NCBI GenBank assembly: GCA_012026655.1
Contig: JAAILG010000053.1
Span: 1-64,000 of the forward strand
DNA: 64,000 nucleotides
Direction of reading: 5' to 3'
Source: Hydrolagus affinis
Lineage: Eukaryota
Below the pieces are notes generated by a model. The model ran no database searches. It saw nothing but the letters and a program-made list of their open reading frames with translations, and was not told the origin of the DNA. The position numbers and the translations under genes are program-made. Within the stretch, counting starts at the first letter, position 1. Each line of letters begins with the position of its first letter. Shown here in pieces: positions 55,578 to 64,000 of the stretch.

Positions 55578-55684
55578 TTTCAAACATCGTACTCATTGGG
55601 AAATATATGTAAGGCTAGAAATTGTTCCCCCAACTTCTCAACCAACAAAGTAGAGTTAGCTGATATGTTGTGGGCTATCTGCAA

Positions 55685-55745
55685 AACGATTGGTTAAAGT
55701 TTTCATGTGGCCGACAGAGCGACAATAAAACGTAAATCAATCCGC
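55685..55745 (-). promoter_or_regulatory. Hoxb9 proximal promoter
   Basis: ATTGG, CATGTG, CAATAAAA (Cdx) and TGATTTACG (Pbx-AbdB, 55731-55739). Confidence 0.65.
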
Positions 55746-58700
55746 AAAGGGAGGGTTACACAATTAACATACATCCCACATTAAGTATCTTTTGATGATT
55801 ATATACATATTTATGCAACCAGAACACCAGCAAACATATAAATATGACTATGTTTATGAACACGAAAGCCTGATTTAGGTTTGAAATTCAGCATTTTAAG
55901 GAACTATTTTGCCCCCTAATTAATCTTCTCCAGAGTGGCAAATTCCCACACCATGTCTTATAATTGTTTGCCTTATTTTAACAAGTTACATAAAAGAACA
56001 TCTAATAGGATTTTCGCAGTAGACAACTCTTAAACCTCGATGGGTGTTGTGGGCGCTGATAAGTTTACTTTGAAGGCCAGGCGGTTTACAGAGGCTCGGC
56101 CTTTAGAGATTGCCAATAAACGCGTCAACTTTTCAGTTTGTAATAACCTGAAGGATCTAATGCTATGGAAGCAAAGTGCTTGCAATGTTTACGAATGTGT
56201 GAACTTTTAAGAACTCAATAACTTGTTATGAAAATAGACGTCTCACAAATCAGAATAAACCAACTCGACTATTTTTTTAACCAAATTTTATTTTGGGCAG
56301 AAACTGATTCTAACTAGAATCAATTCCATGTTACAAAGCTCCATGTTCCAACCGCTAAACAAACAGCTCTTGTTTTTGCTCCCGAAAGAGGCAGGGGAAA
56401 GCTAACGGCCCTGCTTGCGAAATTAAGTTTTACAAATTGTCTTCTTTTCAAAGCGACGTTTCAAACAATTTTCGAGAAATGCAGTTTCATTCAAAAGCAA
56501 TGATTTAAATGCAGGAAAAAAAATCGTACAAACGGTTGTAGTACGTCATTTGGAAAGAATTGGAAATGCTGAACTTGGCTTATATATTTATGTTATCTCA
56601 CTGCCATCCTTTTCAGGAAGAACGAACACTGTTCAAAACATATTGTGTGGCCATAAACACACACCTACTGGAAAATACTTTCTGAATTGACCTCCCGAAG
56701 CACCGCGCCAATTCATAAACGTGAACACAATATGGCGCGATTTACAAAGATATATCAAATCGAAAGCAGAATATTGTTATTGAATATTTATGTGAACACA
56801 GTTCATCCGTTGCATTAATTCATAGAATTTTTACAATGGGAGTTGAGGCTAAATTTGATGTTTTCAAAAACGAATTAAAACTGGACTTGACACGGGAACA
56901 TAGGCTAAACAGTAAGATTGAAACTCAATCCGCGTCTATGAAAGAAAATGTGATTATTTTTCAAATTGCCAAAGATAATCAGGAAACTGAAGGTAAGAAC
57001 AATGAATATTATCCTTATCTAGACGGAATAAGATTTCTTTTGACTAACAGGTTGTAAATTTAGAAAAGTTTTATTCCAGACCAACAAGGTTTTACCTTAT
57101 TTCATAAACTTTTGTTTTTGAATGAAAAATATTAAGGAAAAAACTGTACATTTTTACATTTTAATTTTGGGGACCTCTCATCTTGACGATGAAACATAAT
57201 AGGGTTTTTGTTATTAACAGCCTTCTATTTTAAGCTACCAGAACTCAATTTATGTGACTAATGCACTTTGCATGAGCGAAGATATACATTCGTATCCGAA
57301 CGCTTAGAATAAAATTCAACTTTTTGAAGGTTTTTTTAAAAAATTGTAGGGAACCACTTGAAATATTTTAAAGCAGATGTATTTCAGCACAATGACGGAC
57401 CACTAGCGGGTATCACTGAGCATAGCTTGTATCAGTTATATTTTTGTCAGTTATGGTTGAAATTGCATAAATGACTGAATGCATCCTTTTTAAATTAAAG
57501 CTCTTTGGGGGTATGATATTACTGATCAGATATTGTTCAGATATTGTTCACAACTTCAAACTCAAATGTCTTCAAAGTATCTTAGATTTTTATATTTATT
57601 TTATTTTTATAAAGAACGGGAAACTGCATCAGTCAATGTGTTATACAAACTAAACAGCGAGATTGCCTTGCTCTCTACATACTGCTCACACAGCAATTCC
57701 TCTATGTTATATTCATCGTGGCAAATTATTCTTCAACATGTCTTCTGTGTTGCGGTACATGTGGTGAAACCGCACAACTCATCACCTAACGTGTCGAGAT
57801 TCAAAGGGATAATACGATAAACACACTAGATATATTTATAGTTAGAGTTCGTTTCAGGTAGTTTAAGTGTAGGACAATGCAATCGTGTATATGCATTGCT
57901 GTACCAAGCACGTTTTGATGAAACTAAAATGATCCTTAGGCATACAATATTGTTCTAGATAATAATTTCAATTATAGTAATTCAAAAAGTGCTTTGTAAG
58001 GCGACTCTTGCTTTTTTTCTACGTCCATTCGATATTCGGGAAATTTAATCTGGCTTTGCGTGATTTTGTAAATGGTAAAATTACATTGTACAACACAATC
58101 CAGAATACAGATATTCCTTTCATTTCGAATGCAATCTTATCAAGGAAGAAATGCGACAGTACATCCAGGTTTACTGGAGTTTTCCTATTCGATCTCCGCC
58201 ATATCCTTGTCATGTTTTGGTCTTTTTTAAACTAAGAAAGAAAATATAGCAATAAATATGCTAATTCAGGGTTAGAAAATCGTCCGTTGTGTATAGGTTC
58301 AGCGACATTCCAGTTAAACTTGCATTTGAAAGTGATTTAGCAAACGGCAACAGTTGGTAGTTTTGTTAAAATGTTCATTAATTGTTGAACGAAACACTAT
58401 CCTGGAGCAAAAACAAGTGTCTGTTTTGGGTTCGATGTTGAAGAAGCGAACTTTCAGTACAATAGCGAACGTGAATTTTATTTTAGTGTTAGGCAAATAG
58501 TACTACAATAATCTATACTAAAAATACCATTAACGGCCAGTGTTTCCATTATATGTTTTAAAATATATTAGAACACCGATTGGGTTTATTGGGGGTTATT
58601 TTTAAGGAAATTGTAGGATCGTTTTCGAATTCAATGTTATGTCTTTTTAAAAAATGCTTTTAAGGGGCAAAGCGGTCTCAATAGAAAATGGCGAATGTAT

Positions 58701-60050
58701 CCCAGAGCGATTTGGTCATGAACAAGAGCAGTCCTGTCGGTCGGGGTCGCTGCAGTCCAGTTAAGGTGGGACCGGCACGTTTGGTTTATCAGTGACAAGC
58801 TTGCCTCGGGCCTAACTGTATAACAATGTGTGACAATACTGAGCTTATACAAAACACCACAGACCAATCGTACATTCACCAAATCGGCTTAGTGCGGTGG
58901 CAACTCTCCTCAACAGCTCGAAAGCATTTTCATGTTTCAGTGTAGCTCACTTCAAGATCCGATCAACCAGAACGGATGGACAGGAGAAATAATCAACCTT
59001 GGGTAAACCAAAAGCGTGTTGTATATCACAAAATAGATCGGCGCTCGTCTGCAGAGGCCGATTGAAAGAAAAGATGATGCAACACGGAAATTTGGGAATT
59101 TTCCTTTGCCCCGATTCGATCAGTGGTTTAAACGGAACCCAAACTCTGTTGTGTGTCTGTGTGTGTTTTGAAGAGTCGCCCAATATCAAGTACTAATGCG
59201 ACGGCAATAACCATGTTGCAAGTAAACGAAATATTTCGTAAAGTTTCGAAATAAAGTTTGGTCATTTATAGAGTACAGTTGAACCCAGGATGCGGTGAAA
59301 TTGTACGAAAGAAATCCCCACTTCCCAAGGAAATGGATGAAAAAAAGGAAGGAAATCGTTTTTGCAGTTAGAAAATGATTCGTCCATTAAACGAATGAAT
59401 TCAAATCTACAATCTATGAGCAAGTTTGTCTGGCTACCACAGTAATATTTTACATAAAAGCTTCTTTGGATGAATTAACAATGCTGTTTTTAAACAATAC
59501 TTATTCGGACTCGATGCAAATACAAGCTTAAAACACAAGAAAGTGTATTTTTATAAGCTACCTTTCCTGTGGTCCACCTTCTCCACTAGAACGCAATTCA
59601 GAGAGAGAGAAAACGAAAGCGAACTCATCAAACGAAATCCATTTATAATCCACAAATATACTAATTTTAATTTGTCGGTTCATCCTCCCTTCCTCAAATC
59701 ATTTCCTGTTCCTTTTCAAACACTTATTAACCAATAGAAATCCTGGAATACTTAAACAACAACAAGCTATTTCGGTGGGATACTCTGCGAATATTAGTTA
59801 ACATTCTTAAACACTTAGATTAATGGAATCGCTCTGTCCCTCTGTCTGTCTTTCTGATTATTTATACGTTTTTCAATCAACAAAATGTATAAGAGAAAGA
59901 AAATTAATTCTAATTATTATACACAGTACACTTGATGCAAATATACATTAAACAATTGCAAATTCTGATTTTTTTTTTAGCAGAATGTATACATTTAAAC
60001 TATTTGGATAGGTTGCACAGTAAACAAACTCACACAAGTATACATTCATA

Positions 60051-60188
60051 CACTGCTGTGCGCAATTGGCTGCCGCATTTCGCTCAGAAAATACAGTCAA
60101 TTATCTTTACAGTACATTCTGTGAAGCGCTTTGAGACGTCTCAAAGACGTGATGCAAAGACTACATCAAATGCAAGGATTATTATAAT
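60051..60188 (+). mobile_element. 3' remnant of a DeuSINE/L2-tailed SINE (LmeSINE1/SacSINE1/AmnSINE1-like)
   Basis: GCTGTGCGCAATTGGCTGCCGCATTT...TGTGAAGCGCTTTGAGACGTC...AAATGCAAGGATTATTAT matches the recalled Deu-domain end and L2-type tail with an (ATT)n terminus. Confidence 0.7.
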
Positions 60189-60380
60189 ACAGGCATATAT
60201 ACAGATCTATCTATGAGTAGATTACGATACAGTCAGCAGTTAGTATCCATAACAGCCGGTTTCAGAACTAGCACACTCGCACAACAAAATGGGGGCTTTG
60301 TGAGCCACTTTAATAGCATTTCTTCTGGAGGGAAAGCAATCCACTTTCTAATTAAATTCCGACAAGTTTGCGATGAAAAT

Positions 60381-60464
60381 AACTGGAGTAATAAAGGCAG
60401 TTTCTTGTCACTGTGAACAAAGAGCAGCCCAACAACAGGAAACTACCTGAATCACACAACAGTT
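60381..60464 (-). ncRNA. mir196: pre-miR-196; 5p 60428-60449
   Basis: 5p CAGGUAGUUUCCUGUUGUUGGG pairs with 3p CAGUGACAAGAAACUGCCUUU. Basal stem AACUG/CAGUU; canonical position upstream of Hox9. Confidence 0.95.
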
Positions 60465-63400
60465 GCATTTCACTTTCACCAAAGCTTGCACCTAATGAAT
60501 GTAGTTTAGTCCCAATCGCAAATTAGAGACCATTTTGCAAAACGTTTTCTTTCGATCACAAAAAAAACGCTGTATGAATTCTGAATCAGAAAGGACACGT
60601 TATCACAAACTCCAAAATTTGCATTTGTTTCTGTTCAACTATTTCAACTAAATGTTGTGCACGTTGCTTATCTTAACACTATCGGTCCTGTGAACGGGTG
60701 ATTAAAATATTTTATAAAATGAAACCACAGTTACCACAGGTTTCAATTTCCAAGTCAATCACATAACTATTTAGCTCCCAAATTAATCCCCAACATCTAT
60801 GGAATCCAGCTGAATGCAGCTACGATTACATTTGCCTGTAAAAGTTTGTTTGCAAAATTATGGGTGTAAAAAATAACATATCCTACCATTCCGTTCTTAT
60901 CCTTTTAAAGTTGCCAGGTCTGTCTGAGAGCCAAGTCTGAGCAACAGTTGCCTAAAATCCGCTTGAAGTTTGTAAAGCAAGTTTGGCATTTCCCTGGTCT
61001 GAAGGCTGTGTTGCATGGCACGCTGCTCCCAACCATAGTTTCCAAATCCAACTGCTCCTACATGACAGCAACTTGCCAAACATATTTACAAGCCATAAAA
61101 TGTTATAAAAGCAGACGCGGTCGACCGTAATACACCGCCACTGCTCATAGCCAAATTACGACTGTCTAGATAGTATTTAAATCACCCACACCGGATATCA
61201 AATAAATTTAAACCACAGGCTTTTTTCTTTGAGACACGAAGCTTGTATATTCTCCCTTTCTTTTTCTCTCTCTCGCTCTCTTTTTACCCATCAACTTGTC
61301 CATTTCAGGTCAATTTCACGGGTTCAAAATCGACCAACCATCTTCCGTGATGTCCACGAGCCAGACCCCGAGGAAGAATCAACACAGAGTGAATGATCCT
61401 AATGAAGATTTAGAATTTTGCGAGGAGGGGAGAAAAAAATAATGGAAGTCCAAACAATTAGAACTTATCTTTATTTATTTAAAATTTGGATTTAACAGAG
61501 CCCTACAACAAGGCTAACGAATTAATACAACGACTTTTAGCCGTAAAAAATACTGTAACATGCCATATAAAACATTTAATACACAATGGAAAATGAAAAT
61601 ATTTTAAGTTAAACAGTTGTTGGTGGAATCACAGTCAGAATATCGTTGTCCACTATTTACATCGTGTCACTTCAAACGATGGGGGTTTTGTGGTCAGTTT
61701 AGTGTCATAGCAGTGAACAAGAAATGACGAGAAAACCAGTAAATAGTCTTTGGTTTGTTTCTTTAAAAATAAATATGACTTTTTCTTACATTTTTCGAAA
61801 TTCTAACATCTAGTGTAACAAACATCTCCCTAAATGGGCACAGAAAAAGGCAAAATAAGGAAGAAACGATGAAGATTTAATAAACTTTAAATATTTTGAG
61901 AAACATGTAACACGACACGTGATTACTAAGTACAAAGACAATTTAATTAATATACAATATCTACTCCGGGTGAAAGTTTGCTGTAAGAGGTATAAACTGT
62001 GTTCTCGCTTGTTTGGCAAACTGGGGTTTAACCTGACCGCTATTTTCACATTTTTGTGCCCCATCCACCACCCAATTAGCTTCCATATTTTAGAAAATGT
62101 TCTTTTTCATCAGTCGAATCAGCTGGTGCACTCAGTTTGCAATCCTATGACTGATATCACATTAATTCCGCTTTCTGTCACTGTTCGTGCTGCCTTGATA
62201 AATAAAAATCCTGCCATTAGGACTATTGCGTGGATCAGAAGGCGAAAATAAATCATTCGCTTAAGTCTGCAACATGTGGATGAGGTCAGGGTGTAATTGG
62301 ATCCCACTAAGATGTTGTCCTCCAGCATTTCGCAAAGTGAAGGATATTTTTCAAAGTAGAACGTTTGAGGTATTCATAGGCGCGGGCGGTGGAGGGGTGG
62401 GAGGGTGTATAGATTAACAGCAGGTTTTAATCATAAAAAGTTCGTATTTATAGGCAGTTTATGCAAATTGTGTACCACGGGATATGTGTTCCGGGGGTGT
62501 TGATGTCAGGTGACGAATGATTTCAATTACTTGATTTTAATCAACACATCGTGCAAACATCACTGGTTTAAGCAAAATCCTGTAGCTTCATGGCATCACA
62601 TTAAGATTTAGTCATCCGAGTTGACATTTGTAATCCTCATTTAAAAAATCCCAGAGGCATCCAACAGCTGTTGGTGTCTCCATTGATATTTAGTGGAGTA
62701 AACACCTCAGGTTTTCACTTTAAGTAGATTCAAACTTAAAATCTGTTGACCTCCAGAAATGCGGTTTTTGTACCTGTTGAAGGCAACTTTTTCGTAAACT
62801 CAGTCCCAGTGAACTATGAAAAGGTAATATCGACAATTGGGAGTGGGGTTCCTAAAATGTCGTTCACATAGATTGAACACTGTGTGGAGAACAATACCCA
62901 TTGAACGTGCATTGAAGCAAAAGAGCATGTTCACGTTTTGTTACCTTTGTAACAAAAGGACGATAAAACAACTCGCAGGGTATCTGTAATAGGAAGGAAG
63001 CTAGGGTTAGCAGTTACTGGTGGAGATTAAAACCAGGGACGAACACTATACAAAAGGTTTTCTTTACCCTTTATCAGATCGTCTTCCGTTTTACGAGCAA
63101 ACTTGGATTTGCTTCAATAAACAGTGGGGTGGATCTATCCCTGATATCTTTCCACAGACAAAAAATACTTCAAATTTTATTCTCGTTACTCCAATTGCAC
63201 CACGTCGAGTACAATGCTCACCGCATTTATGACAAGCATGGTTGTTTGAATTGTTTCCTGTCCGGTTAGGTTACTTTTGGTAGCAAGTAAATGCCAAAAA
63301 AAAAGACATTGTTAGAGGAAATAATAGGTGCACAAATGGCTTACTCTAGGATGTAAACTAAGTATGAAAATTGCTCTATTGTCCCGGCATAAACTCAAGT

Positions 63401-63911
63401 CGCAGATTTAAAAACGGTTATATTTTTAAGCGTAAAATACACGTGTGACACCAACTATGCGCCCATTTTCACCAGATGCAATTCAAACCGAATTCCACAA
63501 AGGAGAACGATGAAAGTATCATCCGAGGCAAATATTTGTTTTCATTTTTTTTCGGTTATTTTGCTTATGATTAGTTAGTGTCGCTAAATTAATTCATTTC
63601 ACTGATGGCACTTTTGCACGGTTTCGGGAGATTCTGTCAGTTTTCATCTTCATGTGAAGTTAACAAGCATGTCCAAAAGGTTGAGGTTGAGTCATTTTGA
63701 ACTTGCAAACTCTGGACTCCATCTTGTTCGTTTCCCCCTCACCCTCCCCCACTCCCCAACACCCCGCTGGCTCAATGTTGTTTTAGAGACTAGACTTGTG
63801 AACTTGCAGCTCCACCCCACTATTACCCCCGGCCTGTCAATATTGTTTTAGAGTCTAGACTTCTGCAAAAAAAAGACTTGTTTGTATCTACTATCGATTA
63901 ATAAGTGCTAA

Positions 63912-64000
63912 TCAAATGGGGAAATTGGTTGGCATTTCTCGAATTCTATTTTCCCTGCTCATCTTTTTCAGCTTCATTCTTCTGTTTTGAAACCAGATTT
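63912..64000 (-). CDS. hoxb10: Hoxb10 exon 2, 3' part (truncated by the window edge)
   Basis: Hand translation [28 protein letters not shown], where RENRIRE is the PG10 signature. Too short for the ORF track. Confidence 0.92.
   Translation of the reverse strand, partial: IWFQNRRMKLKKMSRENRIREMPTNFPI

Noticed and set aside
62451-62463. TAGGCAGTTTATG resembling a partial miR-196 site 3' of Hoxb10
   Set aside because: Wobble in the seed and no 3' pairing; equally explained as a Hox/Cdx motif.

Overview
The window is the central part of a vertebrate HoxB cluster, with every gene on the minus strand. It contains complete two-exon Hoxb4, Hoxb5, Hoxb6, Hoxb7, Hoxb8 and Hoxb9, and the 3' end of a Hoxb10 homeobox exon cut off at position 64000. 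miR-10 lies upstream of Hoxb4 and miR-196 lies between Hoxb9 and Hoxb10. The first ~14 kb is the Hoxb4-Hoxb3 interval, with probable non-coding Hoxb3 leader exons and enhancers (CR3/LNE, ENE-type DR5 RARE). Retention of Hoxb10, about 40 kb between b4 and b9, and a DeuSINE-type tail suggest a non-tetrapod, non-teleost fish, with coelacanth the best guess (inference, not checked). I found no wholly new gene system. The most unusual observations are: (i) a variant miR-196 whose Hoxb8 target site has drifted and sits between an AAUAAA and a GU-rich element; (ii) a 165-aa alternative-frame ORF in Hoxb5 with a better Kozak context than the main AUG; (iii) a uORF overlapping the Hoxb9 start; (iv) substitutions in normally invariant Hoxb4/b5 motifs; (v) a SINE remnant and a segment flanked by direct repeats in a normally repeat-poor cluster. 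Comparisons with other species are from memory and need alignment to confirm.
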